A stretch of 64,000 nt of DNA, from assembly GCF_018350175.1 (NCBI RefSeq), contig NC_058368.1:130450001-130514000 (forward strand). Reading direction: 5' to 3'. The translations under genes were made by a program, and so were the position numbers. Each line of letters opens with the position of its first letter. Within the stretch, counting starts at the first letter, position 1. This document shows, in pieces, positions 36,261 through 50,140 of this stretch. The stretch is from Felis catus. Its lineage: Eukaryota. The notes beneath the pieces were generated by a model that was not told where the DNA came from, ran no database searches, and was given only the letters and a program-made list of their open reading frames with translations.

Positions 36261-37609
36261 AATTTTGCTTGTAAATCTTAGCAATAAAATAGATGTACGT
36301 TGGCATGTGAACTAGCCCAAGTGCATTATTAAACTCTTTTTTTATATACCCTTTTCTGATTCCCTATTGACATTACTGGGCTTCTTGGGTATAAGGAGAT
36401 CCTGTGTATATTTTCATGCCTTTCCTTTCTTTCGAAGGTAGACATCAACCCAAATGCAATGCACTTATAATGAACTGTCATGGAGGATCACAGTTCAAGA
36501 TACTTGTGGAGGCGTTGGTGGGGGGAGCAATAGTTTTTAGTGTTAATGATGTGAACAAATTTAAAGTGGAAAATATTCTAGAAAGTAGTTAGGGAAAGGA
36601 GTATGCAGGGGGTCAATAAGAAACTTTTCACCACAAAGAGGCATAGTTCAGCTACCCCTTGAGTTCAAGGGCTATGTTTAATTTATCCTTCTATGTCTTA
36701 AAATCTTCAACATGATAGATGTTAAGTAAATTGTTGTTAAATAAATGAAAGATTATAAATAATTAGTGAGGTTTAGATCGTGTCTGTCAGAGTTTCTTCC
36801 TGAGCCCAGTGTGTGAGGATTCAGACAAGGATGGCGTTTGTGGGTTCTCTCCCAGCATTGGTCACAAGATTATGATTCAGGGCTTTCTGATGGTTCTTTC
36901 TAATATATACTAGGTTCTGAGTAGTGATCCACAAGGTTGTCTCTGACTTCAGTCATTTCCCCCCTTCATTTATAGCTAGGCTTCTATAATTTCCTCAAAG
37001 GAGACTCTTTTTCATTGTTTGTGTTAGTGATCTGTTTGGCCAGCATCCGTGTATACCTCAAAACTGCTAGGCATCCCAAAATGATAAATGAAATAAGATA
37101 AAATGAAAATATGATTTAGTAAGTCCATATATTAATCATTGCAGCTTGTTCTCCTTGTATTTTGCTAATGTGGTTTGATAGTTCTTATACCCCAAGGCTA
37201 TTTTAATGAAGGACATTTTTTAGAAGCTCAAGAAAACAAACAAATTGTCTCTTTGCATAGTTATACATCAGATTAAATGTCACTGGAAGTTCAGTTCTTG
37301 CAAGAAGTAAATGAAATGTTCTGATCTCGGATGATGAAAATTAAGAATGAAAACTATCTCTTCACTGAAAGTTCCATGGCTCTTGGGGAGACAAGTGTGT
37401 AGGAGGCAATGATACCTTTTATCAGGAACACCCCAATTGTCTTTGCTACCCACAATCAGCTGTTGGCTGTTCAGACTTTACTCACAACTTGTATAATACA
37501 GAGTCTAGTCCATATCACCTGAGTGGAGTCATGTCCTTGGAACAAGAAGTTAGGACATTCTGCTTTGAGCCCAAACCTTCTACCAACGTTTTAAAAATTT
37601 TGTAAATCT

Positions 37610-37852
37610 TTCTCTCTCTCTCTCTTTTTTAATGTTTATTCATTTTTGAGAGAGAAAGAGAGAGACAGAGAGAGAGAGCGAGAGCAAGCACGAGTGGGAG
37701 AAGGGCAAAGAGAGGGAGACAGAGGATCCAAAGCAGGCTCTGTACTGTGACCATAGAGCCGAATGTGGGGCTCGGACCCATGAACCATGAGATCATGACC
37801 CAAGCCAAAATCAAGAGTCAGGCCTTTACACGACTGAGCCACTGAGATGCCC
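37610..37852 (-). mobile_element. Can-SINE
   Basis: GA-repeat, agaggatccaaagcaggctc...gactgagccac. Confidence 0.9.
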
Positions 37853-38135
37853 GTGTTCTAACTTTTAAAACACTATTATGGTTACTGCTATTTTGCTATT
37901 TAGAGATAAATATTCATAATTATTTATATACTAAAACAAGTAGAATTACATTACATTATGCAGAATCTCTTCACCATTTTTTTTCCTTCATCTTCTCAAA
38001 TAAAAAAGGGTGGTAGCATATCCATTCAGAGTCAAGTAGAAATGCCAAAGATCCGGAAGTTACCCATCTGCCTATTTTCTTTCTAGAAGAATTAAGATCG
38101 AGGATGTCTCTTTACAAATACTTGAGCAAATTTTA

Positions 38136-39518
38136 TTTTTTATTTATTTAAATATAATTTATTGTCAAAGTGGCTTACACACAACACCCAGTGCTCATCC
38201 CAACAAGTGCCCTCCTCAATACCCATCATCCATTTTCCCTCTCCCCCACCCCTCTGGCCACCCTCAGTTTGTTGTCTGTATTTAAAAGTCTCTTGTGTTT
38301 GCCTCCCTCCCTCTCTGTTTGTAACTAATTTTTTCCCCTTCCCTTCCCCCATGGTTTTCTGTTAAGTTTCTCAAGATGCACATATGAGTAAAAACATATG
38401 ATATCTGTCCTTCTCTGACTGTCTTATTTCACTCAGCATAATACCTTCCACTTCCATCCACATTGCTGCAAATGCCATGATTTCATTCTTTCTCATTGCC
38501 AAGTAGTATTCCATTGTATATATAAACCACATCTTCTTTATCCACTCATCAATTGATGGACATTTAGGCTCTTTCCATAATTTGGCTATTGTTGAAAGCA
38601 CTGCTATAAACATTGGGGTACATGTACCCCTGTACTACAAAGCTGTAATCATGAAGACATTATGGTACTTACTGGCACAAAAACGGACACATAGATGAAT
38701 GGAATAGAATAGAGGACCCAGAACTGGACCCACAAATGTATGGCCAACTAATCTTTGACAAAGCAGGAAAGAGCATCCAATGGAAAAAAGACAGTCTCTT
38801 TAGCAAATGGTGCAGGGAGAACTGGACAGCAACATGCAGAAAAATGAAACTAGAACACTTTCTTACACCATACACAAAAATAAACTCAATAAACTTCCTG
38901 ACATGCAACAACCTGTTGCCTGAAAGCAGGCAACAACCTCTTTGATCTCAGCCACAGCAATTTCTTGCTCAACATGTCTCCGGAGGCAAGGGAAACAAAA
39001 GCAAAAATGAACTATGGGGACCTCATCAAAAAAAAAAAAAAGCTTCTGCACAACAAGGAAACAATCAACAAACTAAAAGGCACCTGATGGAATTGGAAAA
39101 CATACTCCAAATGACATATCAGATAAAGGGTTAGTATCCAAAATCTATAAAGAATTACCAAACTCAACACCCAAGAAACAAATAATCCAGTGAAGAAATG
39201 GGCAGAAGACATGAACAGACACTTTTCCAAAGAAGACATCCAGATGGCCAACTGACACATGAAAAGATGCTCAACGTCGCTCCATATCAGGGAAATACAA
39301 ATCAAAACCACACTCAGATACCACCTCATGCCAGTCAGAGTGGCTAAAATAAACAAATCAGGAGACTATAGATGCTGGTGAGGATGTGGAGAAACGGGAA
39401 CCTTCTTGCACTGTTTGTGGGAATGCAAACTGGTGCAGCCACTCTGGAAAACAATGTGGAGGTTCTTCAAAAAATTAAAAATAGATCTACCCTACGACCC
39501 AGCAGTAGCACTTCTAGA
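38136..39518 (-). mobile_element. 5'-truncated, 5'-inverted (twin-primed) felid L1
   Basis: Minus-strand 3' part at 38136-38630; plus-strand inverted ORF2 part at 38631-39517; TSD agcaaatttta (38125-38135 / 39519-39529); TTTT/AA site. Confidence 0.93.
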
Positions 39519-41099
39519 AGCAAATTTTAATTGACAGAGCTAAGTCAGATGATTGAGGAAGAATTGGAAAGAAAGAGTCCCTAGAAAAATTCCTTGAGGA
39601 ACCAAAGCTCAAGAAATAATCTCAAGGCAGCAGTTTGTGATGTAGTCAGCCCCACCTTTCACTTGTTGGTTATTATCGCTCCCCATGTGGCCTTCAAAGT
39701 GAGTCACATTCACAGCCTTTTACATTGTTCTCTATTGTAGAGAAGAGCCACTCTTTGACATTCTAACACTGCAGAACAAAAGTTTCCAATGTCCTTATAG
39801 CAGTTAGCCAAGGAATGAAATGAAGTTTTAACCCAGAGAAGAATGTGTATTCATACAGACAGATGGTCTATATGTATATTTGTGTAGAAGCCAGTTAAGG
39901 TAAGTGAGAAGTTTGGAATCTGTTTCCAATTCTTGAAAGCTTTTCTTAGAGCTATAATTCCTTTAATTGTGGCTCTTGTTGGCTTTCTCATTTTGAATTG
40001 GGCTTTTTAGGCAGGCCTGATTCCTGTATGTATCCCTGTAGTTTAATAGCCCCAGGGTAGGTTTCATGATGGATGTGTGGTTGCTATCTCCTTGAAATGG
40101 CCTAACTTTGCAAATGCAATGGAATTCCTGAAATAATTTATGGACTCCTAAAAGTATGTAGTTTGGATGTTAACTGCTAATGGAAAGTACCGAAACACCG
40201 GCCAGGGCAGAGGGCTTGGCCTAACTTTACTGACACCAGGATAGAAGGCAAAGGATGTTGTCTCATGGTCTCTAGTTTGGCAACTTGATTATAGCTCCAA
40301 AGAAATGTGCTCCTTAGCACTTTGTCTTCTGCAAAGTGTAAAAAGACCAGAGTGCCGTAAGACTCTCCTTTTAAATGTTGAATAAGAGGGGTCTTTTTTT
40401 CTCCGCCCTGACTTTTTGAAACATAGGGTTTTTATAAGGCATGGAGCACCTCTTACGTTGCGTTGTTACGAGGTCTCCCTTGTCCCGTTAACTTGGAGTA
40501 GAAATGCGGATTTCAGCAGCTGTTAGCTAGCAGTGCTTCTAAGGAAGCACATTAGAAGTACAAGTTGGCGAAGTTACTAATTAGATCTGGAGTCTCTGAC
40601 CTCATGGCATGTATCTATTTCAATTTAGGGTTAAGAAAAAGGAAGTTGTCAGGTTACTGTGATCTTCTTTGCTAGCTCCTATGGTTTCTGGGACAGAGAG
40701 TATTTTAGAATGGAGAAAAAATAGCTTAGATTTCTCTAACCATTTTCTTCTCTGTTGATGTAAGGCGAATGAGGGGAAACTCTCAGGATAAGTATTGCCA
40801 TAAAGGATTCTTCCTCTTAAGATGCTAGCATTTTCCAAGGTATCTGTCCAACCTGGAGACTATACATGTTGTACACTTTATTGCTACATAATAACATTGT
40901 ATGCAGCATATTTTCAGTAAATATTTGTCACATGATGAAAGAAATATTATTGAGGATTGCAGATTCTACCTATAAAGACTGATCCATGTTAAGAATGCTA
41001 TTGTTTCTCACCTTCACATTTTCCTCCTTCTTCAACATTTCAGAGAAGACAAACTACTTAGTCGTCCTCAAATAAATTTTGTTCTTTCCTGCTTCTGTC

Positions 41100-41335
41100 T
41101 TTTCTTTTTTTAAATTCATTTATTTAAAATAACTTTTTTAATGTGTATTTATTTTTAAGAGAGAGAGAGCATGAGAAGGAGAGGGGCAGAGAGAGGGAGA
41201 CACAGCATCTGAAGCAGGCTCCAGGCTCTGAGCTGTCAGCACAGAGTCCATCGTGGGGCTCACACCCACAAACCACGAGATCATGACCTGTGCCGAAGTT
41301 GGATGCTTAATGGACTGAGCCACCTACACACCCCC
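41100..41335 (-). mobile_element. Can-SINE
   Basis: SINE body; partial TSD cttctgtc. Confidence 0.92.
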
Positions 41336-42094
41336 TACTTCTGTCGTGTCTTATTTTATTTATAATTCTCTTCCTTTCAGGCTTTATAAATATTACTTTT
41401 CCTGCAAGACTCAGCCCAGAAATTCCCTCTTGCCATTAAGGTCTGCAGCCAGATCACCTTGATCTTCTGTTTAGCTGCTCAAAGAAGCCACAGTCTAACA
41501 GAAGTCCATTGTGGGTTGGGAAGTTCTTGATGGTTTGATGAGGGTACTCTGTGAGTTCCACTTGGGGCTACACTGTGGGGACACAATAACCAGAGGGTGA
41601 AAATAATTTTTCCCTAAGGTAGGATCTCCATCAGGATTAAAATCTGTATTAAATGTGATTTCCATATCATAGTTTCACCTACGTTAAGTGCACAACTCCA
41701 TGAATTTGTAGTTAACTCCACTGCTAACTGCAACCCCCATCAACCACTGAGTTTTCTGTTAAAGAAGATTTGCCTTTTGTGAATATTTTACATAAAAGGA
41801 ATCATACATATGCAGTCTTTGCATAAGTCTTCTTTCTATTAACACAGTGTTTTTGAACTTTATTCATATTCATTTTAATTAATGAATAGTATTCTGTAGA
41901 ATAGATACACCTTATTTTGTTTATCCATTCACCAGTTGCTGGATAATTGTATTGTTTCCACTTTGGGACTATTAGAAATAGAGCTGCTATGAACATATGT
42001 GTCTAAATATTTGTGTGGACACATGTTTTAATTCCTGCTAAGTATATACCTAGGATTGGAATTGCTAGGTTTTATGGTGAAGTGTTAAATTTAA

Positions 42095-42890
42095 GGAATT
42101 GCTTATATTGTGTTATATAAAAACAAACTGCAAATTTGGTGGCTTAAAAAACACACATGAATTATCTCCTCATTTTTCGTGGGTTAGGAGTCTGGCTTGG
42201 TTTAGCAGGATCCTCCGGCTTAGGGTCTCTCATAAGGCTATAATCAAGGTGCTGGCTGTGATCTTATCTCAAGTCTCAGCGGGGGAAGAATCTGCATCCA
42301 AACCCATGTGGTTTTTGGTGGAATTTATTTCCTTAAGGGTTGTTAGATTGATGGCCTCTGTTTCTTGATGTGTATCTGCCAGAAACTGTATCTGCTTCCC
42401 CGCAAAGTGGGTCTTTCTGTAGAAAGTTCACAAGCTCACAACATAGAAGTTTACTTTATCAAAGTCATCAAGGGAGAGATTCTACTAAAAAGATAGTAAT
42501 TAAAATCATGGAAAATGTAATCATGGAAGTTCGTTTGCCATTTTTACTGGTTAGAAGCAAGTCATGTTAAATCCAGACCGAGTGGTGCCTGGGTGGCTCA
42601 GTCGGGTCGTTTAAGCATTTAAGTTCAGCTCAGGTCATGATCTAGTGGTTCATGAGTTTGAGCCCCATGTTGTGCTCTGTGCTGACAGCTCAGAGCCTGG
42701 AGCCTGCTTCGGATTCTGTGTCTCCCACTCTCTCTGCCCCTCCCCTACATGCATTCTCTATGTCTGTCTCAAAAATAAATAAACATTAAAAAATTTTAAA
42801 TCCAGATTCAAGAGTGGGTGATTACAAAAGGAATGACTACCAGGAGGTGGGAATTGCTGTAGAACATTTAAGAGCCTGTCTGGCATACAG
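42095..42890 (-). mobile_element. MLT1-like MaLR LTR containing a SINE
   Basis: aaatttggtggcttaaaa...ggggaagaatctgcatccaaacc...; SINE at 42582-42795 with TSD taaatccaga. Confidence 0.8.
42582..42795 (+). mobile_element. Can-SINE
   Basis: ggtgcctgggtggctcagtcgg...; TSD taaatccaga. Confidence 0.92.
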
Positions 42891-43249
42891 CAAAAGTGTC
42901 TTCTAAGGTGCTTATAAAATGTGTGATACTTCCACCAACAGAGAATGAGGGTCCTAGTTTCTCCTCATCCTCACTAGTACATGTGATTTAGCCTGTCTTT
43001 TTAATTACAGCACATGTTTTCTCCCAATCCTTGGTTTGTCTTTCCATTTTCTTAATAGTGTAATTTGAAGTGCAAAAACGTTCAGTTTCCATGAAATTTA
43101 TTTCTCAGTAGTTGTACTTTGATGCCATATCTAAGAGCTCTTTACCTAATACAAGTTCTTCAGGATTTTTCCAGGATGTTTTCTTATAAGCATTTTATAC
43201 TTTTACCTATTACATGTAGGTGTGCAACCCATTCAGGGCTAGCATTATT

Positions 43250-43370
43250 ATTATTTTTTTTTTTTGAGGTTTTATTTTCTAAGTCATCACTACACCCATC
43301 GTGGGGCTCGAACCTATGAGTCTGAGATCAAGTCGCATGCTCTGTGGACTGAGCCAGGCAGGCACCCCAG
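43250..43370 (-). mobile_element. Short Can-SINE
   Basis: cgtggggctcgaacc...tgagatcaagtcgcatgctc...gactgagccaggcaggcacccc. Confidence 0.85.
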
Positions 43371-44646
43371 GTTAGCATGTTTCATTAGGATAATGGAAGG
43401 GACTAAATTCATTTCTGATATTGCTAAATTGTGTCCTTTTTTTTTTTTTTTTACCTTTGTCAGTTTATCTAAAAAATGTTAATTTGGTCATCTTTTTGAA
43501 GAAAAGTGGTTTCACTGATTTTTTTGTTTTCCTGTTCTCTGTTTAATGCACTTGTTCTCTGATATTAATTGTTCTTTTTTCTCTTTGGATTGAGTTTGTT
43601 CTTTTTCTAGTTGCTTAATGTAGAAACCTAAATTATTGATGTGTGATCATTCTACATTCCTAACACAGGGATTTTAAGCTATAGATGTCACTCTAAGCAC
43701 TGCTTTGGTTGTGTGTGGCAATTTTATCAGTTATATTTCTACTTTCATTTAATTCAAATACATTTTCCAATTCTAGTTATAATTTCTTATTTGATTCTTG
43801 TTTTACTTAGAATTATATTACTTTATTTCCACATATTTAAATATTGCACACATTTCTTTTCATTGCTTTTTTCTAATTTAATACTTTTGTGGTTGGAGAA
43901 TGTATATTGTACTATTTCAATCATTTTAAGTTTGTTAAGACTTATGGACTAGCATATGGTCTCTTACAGAGGCAGTTTCATGTTAACTTGAAAACAGTGT
44001 GTTATTGTTTTGTCGTGTGGAACATGCTACAGATTTTGGGTAGGTCAAGTTGGCTGACCTTGGTTTTCAAGTCTTTTTTTCATTTTTGATTTTCTATTTT
44101 GCTCTACCAATTATTGAGACTCAGGTATTCAGGTTTACAGTTGTTGGAATGCCTAATGTTTCTTTCAATTATATGTCAATTTTTATTTCATGGATTTTGG
44201 GGTTTTCTATTAGGCATATAAGTGTTCATATTATTATGTTTCGCTAATGAAATAATACTTCATCACTATGAAACTACCATTTTTGTCTTCAGTAATATTT
44301 TTTGTACAAACATCATTTTGTATTATAATAGTATAACAATCCAGCTTTGTTATGGTTACAATTTCTGTGGTACATTTCTTTCTGTCCTTTTATTTTGAAC
44401 CTATTTAACAAGATCCAAAATATTTTCATGATTAAAAAAATAGGAATAGGAGGTAACTTCCTCAACCTGATAAAGGACCAATGCAAAAAACCACAGCTAA
44501 TATCATTCCTGACAATTAAAGACAAAATCCTTTCCTCTAAGACCAGGAAGAAGATAATGATGCCTGCAGTAACCACTTGTATTCAACATTGTACTAGAGG
44601 GGTTATCCAGGCATTAGGTAAGGGAAGAAAAGATTAAAAGGATCCA

Positions 44647-44860
44647 GGGGCACCTGGGTGACTCAGTTAAGCATCCAGCTTTGGCTCAGGTCATGATCTT
44701 GCGGTTCATGAGTTCAAGCCCTGCGTCGGGCTCTGTGCTGACAACTCAGAGCCTGGAGCCTGCTTCGGAGTCTGTGTCTCCCTGTGTCTCTGACCTTTCC
44801 CCACTTGCACTCTGTCTCTCTCTTTCACAAATAAACAAACAGTAAAAATTTTAAAAAAAT
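44647..44860 (+). mobile_element. Can-SINE
   Basis: Degenerate TSD attaaaaggatcca / attaaaggcatcca. Confidence 0.92.
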
Positions 44861-45346
44861 ATTAAAGGCATCCAAATATAAGAGGAAGAAGCAAACATGC
44901 AGTATTTCCACAAGAGATAAACTTGTATAAATCTTGTATGTAGAATATCCTAAAGATCACTAAAAAATGTTGTAACTAATAAACAAGTCCAGCAAGTTTA
45001 CAGGATCTATAAGTATACACAGGCTGCTATATTTCTATACAGGGGTAAGAACATTCCAAAATTCCAAAATAAAATTGAGAACAACAATCCCATGTAAAAT
45101 CACATCAAAGAATTAAATAGGAATACATTTAACAAAGGAGATGTAAAATCTGTACTGTTAAAAACTATAAAATATTATTGGAAGAAAGAAGGTCAAAATA
45201 ACTGGGGAAACATAATGATGAGAAACTTAATATTGTTAGGATGGAAATATTCTCCAAATTGAATAAGAGATTAATGCAATGACTATCGGAATCCCATCTG
45301 AACTCTTTGTGAATATTAAGCAGCTGATTAAAAAAATTAATGTTGA

Positions 45347-45560
45347 GGGGCGCCTGGGTGGCTCAGTCGGTTAAGCGGCCAAATTAGACTCAGGTCATGA
45401 TCTCGCGGTCCGTGAGTTCGAGCTCTGAGTCGGGCTCTGTGCTGACAGCTCAGAGCCTGGAGCCTGTTTCAGATTCTGTGTCTCCCTCTCTCTGACCCTC
45501 CCGTGTTCATGCTCTGTCTCTCCCTGTCTCAAAAATAAATAAAACGTTAAAAAAATAAAA
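45347..45560 (+). mobile_element. Young SINEC_Fc-like SINE
   Basis: TSD aaaaaaattaatgttgag. Confidence 0.95.
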
Positions 45561-46243
45561 AAAATTAATGTTGAGTTACCAAAATTCAAAACAATTACCA
45601 AAAATTGACAAAACAATTCTGACAGAACAGAACAAAATCAGAGCACTCATATTCCAGATTTCAATGCTGACGATAAAGTGACAGTAATAAAAACATTGTG
45701 ACATTGACATAGGATATACATCAGTGGAATAGAATTGAGAGTCTAGAAATCAACAAATATCTGGGATCAACTACTTTTTGACCCAGGGTGCTGAACCATT
45801 TGATAGATAAAGAAAAGTATTTTCAACTTTGTATGGTGATTATACAGTAACTAGTAGTATCATGGGGATCAATACATAATATATAAAAATACCAAATCAC
45901 TGTGATGTACCCCTGAAGCCAATAGACACTGTATGTCTCTGAAACTAGTAGACATTGTTGGTCATTTTTTTCCATGAAAAAAAAAAAAGCAATGCTGAGA
46001 CAATTGGATAGCCACATGGGGAAAAAAATAAAACATTTGTCATTTACCTTACACAATAAAGAATAACTCAAGATAAACACCTAAATATAATAGTTAAAAC
46101 TATACAACACTTAGAAGAAAACTTGGGGGTAAATTTTCATGATTTTGGGGTTTGGCAGTAGATTCTTCTATGCGACCCCAGAAAACATAAATAAATTGGA
46201 CCTCCTGAAAATGAAACGCAACTCTGCTTAAAAAGACTGTACC

Positions 46244-49200
46244 AGAGGCAGTATAAGGTGGTGACTGGACAACCCTGAATGCACGTCCTCCATGGACACA
46301 CTGAATCTACACCTGTATATAAAGCAGTTTCTCCTGAAAAAGAACTGAGGGCTCACTGAACAGCTTCCACACAACAAAGGATAGAGGGACCACATAGACA
46401 ATGGCAGAAGAGAGATAGACTTGGTAAAGATGGGAACCTCACCCCCTATGCTGTGAGCTACAGTTGGGGTTGTGTTGCAGAACTGACAGACTTGAAGAAG
46501 ATCCATCTGCCCTTGGCCACAGGGGGAAAAAAAAGCCATGGTTTAAAACAGTAACTGTAATATAAAAGAGCTATCCCTAGAGCTCTACCAAATGATGAGA
46601 GCTTGAGAACGCTCTCAGGTGTCAGAGGGGTGGTCATGTGAGTGCCATTGTTAATATTTCCCTTCCAGGTTGATTGCACAGATAGTATCAAGCTGCTGCC
46701 TCAGTGAGCCCCAGACCCTGAGCCTACATCAGCCACAACTGTCCCCCCCAAAAGCCCCCCCAAGGTGGCCCAGCATGCCACATAGTGGGGCATCCCCACA
46801 CAGTGTCTACTACAGCTCCAGCTGTCTTACTGGTAACACAGGTGCAAAGCATCCCAGATCACTCCAGGCCTGCACCAACTTCAGCTCCAGTTGTAATTTG
46901 AGTCCCCCTGCATGGAGTGCCCCCAGATCTCCCAGCCTATGTACACCTCAGCTCTAGCCATCCTGCCAGGTTGTCACCTCTTTTATACCTGCTTTGTCTC
47001 CAGCCATCATGGGAGGCCAGCCCTTGCATGGAGCACACTGAGGCACTCTGGCTTACACCTGCTTTGACTCTGGCTATCTTGCCAGGGTACCTCCTGCCCA
47101 GAATGCCCGAACTCCTCCGCTCATGCCCACTTTGGTTCTAGCCATCTCATTAGCCAGTGCAGATTTCCCTGGGACCTGCTCTCCATGCCTGCTACAGATC
47201 TAGCCAACTACTCAAAGCTGACAGGTGTAGAGTCTATACAGGAGACGTTCCTTCACAAGGCCATTCATTCAAGTCTAGAAGTAGCTGTTTCATCTAATTC
47301 AGAGGAAAAGATATAGAAAGTCATATAAATGAGACAGAAGAATGAATCTGAAGCAGAAGAACAAGACAAAACTCAGAAAAAGAACTAAATGGAAAAGAGA
47401 TAAGAATATGCTAGATAAAGAGCTTAAAGTAATGATCATAATGATACTCACTACACTGAAGAGAAGAGTGAATGAGCTCAGAACTTCAATTAAGAGGTAG
47501 AAAATACTAAAAGAACCAATCAGAATTGAAGAATTCAATAACTGAAATGAAAAAGATGCCAGAAGGAATCAACAGCAGATAAGCAGATACAAAAGAACAG
47601 ATTAATGATCTGGAAGACAGGATAAGGAAAAACACCCAAGCTGAAAAGAAAAAGAAAAAATAATGATAAGGATAGGTTAAGGGATTTCTAGGACAACATC
47701 AAGCATGTTAACACTTGCATTATAGGGGTCCCAAAAGGAGAAGGGGAAGAGAAAAGGGCAGAGAACTTATTTGAAGACATAAGAGCTGAAAACTTCCCTA
47801 AAATGAGCAAGAAAACAGACACCCAGGTCCAGAAAGAAGAGAGTCCCAAATAAGATGAACCCAATAAGGTCCACACGAAGACACACAATTTAAAGGTTAA
47901 AGATGAAGAGAGAATATTGAAAGCAGCGAGAGAAAAACAGCAAGTTATGTTTTTCAAGTGAAACTCCATAAGGCTATTAGCTGATATTTTTAGCACAAAC
48001 TTTACAGGCCAGAAGGGAGTGGCGTGATATATTTCAAGTGCTAAAGGAAAACAAACAAACAAACAAACAAACGTACAACAAAGAATACTCTGACAGCAAG
48101 ATTACCATTCAGAAGTGAAGGGGAGATAAAGAGTTGCCCAGACAAACAGAAGTTCAAGGAGTTCATCTCTGTTACATTAGGCTTTAAAAGAAAATTTAAA
48201 TGGACTCTTTTAAGTGGAAAAGAGAAGTCCATTATTAGAAGTGAGAAAATTATGAAAGGAGAAAGTTTCACTAATAAAAGCAAACATACAACAAAGGTAG
48301 AATATCAATCACTTATAAAGCTAGTATAAAGCTTAAAAGACAAAAGTAGTAACAAATTATATCTAAAAATTAAGGGATTTATAAAAGAAGATGTAAAATA
48401 TGACATACATAAATGAAAGGAATCAAAATGTAGTTCTTTCTGAGTGTGTGTGACTTAAAGTGACCATCAACTTAATATAGACTACTGTATACCTAGGATG
48501 TTATGTATGAACCTCCTGGTAACCACCAACTAAACACCTGTAATAGATAGAAAGAGATAGAAATTGTCCAATCAAAAAAACATAGGGATACTGAATGGAT
48601 AAAAAAACAAAACTCATTTTTATGCTGCCTAGATGAGACTCGCTTGAGACGTGATGGCAGAGACAGACTGAAAGTAGAGATTGAAAAATATATTCCATGC
48701 ATATAGAGGCAAGTACACAAAGCCAGGGTAGCAATAATTTATATTAAGCAAAATAGACTTTAAAATAAGACTGTAACAAGACAAAGGCATTACATAATGG
48801 TGAAGAGATCAGTCTAACAAGAGAATATGACAGTTGTGAATATCTATGGACCCAGTATAGAAACCCCTGAATATATAGCAAATATTAAGACATAAAAGGA
48901 GAAATTGACAGTAATACAATAATAGTAAGGGATTTTAACATTTACATCAATAAACTGTTCAGGCAGAAAATCAGTAAAGAAACAGTGGCTTTGAATGACA
49001 CAATAGACCAGATGGATATAACAGATAAATATAGAACATTCCATCCCCAAACAGCAGTATACACATTCTTTTCAAGTGCACATGGGACATTCTCCGGGAT
49101 AGCTCATACACGTCTCAATAAATTGAAGAAGATTGAAATTATAACAAGCATTTTTCTGACCACAGTGTTATGAAAATGGAAATGAATTACAAGGAAAAAA

Positions 49201-50140
49201 CATGAACATGTACAGGCTAACCAACATGAAACTAAATAACCAATGGGTCAACGAAGAAATCGAAGAGAAAATACAAAAAACTTAAATTTTTTTTTAACGT
49301 TTATTTATTTTTGAGACAGAGACAGAGCGTAAGCAGGGGAGGGGCAGAGAGAGAGAGGGAGACACAGGATCTGAAACAGACTCCAGGCTCTGAGCTGTCA
49401 GCACAGAGCCCGACATGGGGCTCAAACCCACAAACTGTGAGATCATGACCTGAGCAGAAATTGGATGCTTAACTGACTGAACCACGTGGGGGCCCCCAAA
49501 AACCTTTAGATAAATGAAGATAGGAAAACAATGGTTCCAAATCTTTGAGATTCAACAAAGGCAGTTCTGAGAAGGAAGTTTATAGTGATACAGGTCTACC
49601 TCAAGAAACAAGAAAAATATCAGTCTAACCTTATACCTAAGAGAACTAGTAAAAAAACAAAGCCCAAAGTTAGTACAAGGAAGAAAAGACCAGAGTGGAA
49701 ATAAATGGGTATTAAATGTGATAGAAAAGATAAAACCAGGAAGTGGTTCTTTGGAAAGACAAAACTGATTAAACTTTAGGCAGATTAAAGAAAAAGAGAA
49801 GACTTCAATCAGAAATAAAAGAGAATAACCAATACCAGAGAATTGTTAAGTCTTATAAGAGAGTAGTATGGTAAGTAAGCCAATGAACTGTACAACTTAG
49901 AAGAAATGGATAAATTCATATATAAGAAAGTTATATATCATCTTATAAAACAGAATCAGGAAGAAATAGAAAATGTGGGCTGATGATTAGTAACAAAATT
50001 GAATCAATAATAATAATAATAATGATAATAATAATACTCCCAACAAGCAAAAGAGGACCAGTTGGCCTCACAGCTGCAAAGAAGAGTACATTCAAACTTC
50101 TGAAGAGTAATACCTATTTTATTAAACTATTCCAAAAAAG
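46244..50140 (+). mobile_element. Older carnivore L1 (5'UTR-ORF1-5' ORF2), 3'-deleted, degenerate
   Basis: Starts gaggcagtataaggtggtg (decayed YY1 region); ORF1 remnant ~47330-48200 (IIGVPKGEGEEK); ORF2 endonuclease remnant (ALNDTIDQMDITDKYRTFHP); ends at LKLFQK. Confidence 0.85.
49286..49497 (-). mobile_element. Can-SINE inside the carnivore L1 ORF2
   Basis: SINE body; near-TSD caaaaaactt / caaaaacctt. Confidence 0.92.

Larger units (their letters stand above)
41720..44400 (-). mobile_element. Old L1M (3' end and ORF2), interrupted by MLT1 and SINEs
   Basis: Minus-strand peptide MFIAALFLIVPKWKQ..CP.TGEWINK; endonuclease-region remnants at 43400-44400. Confidence 0.8.
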
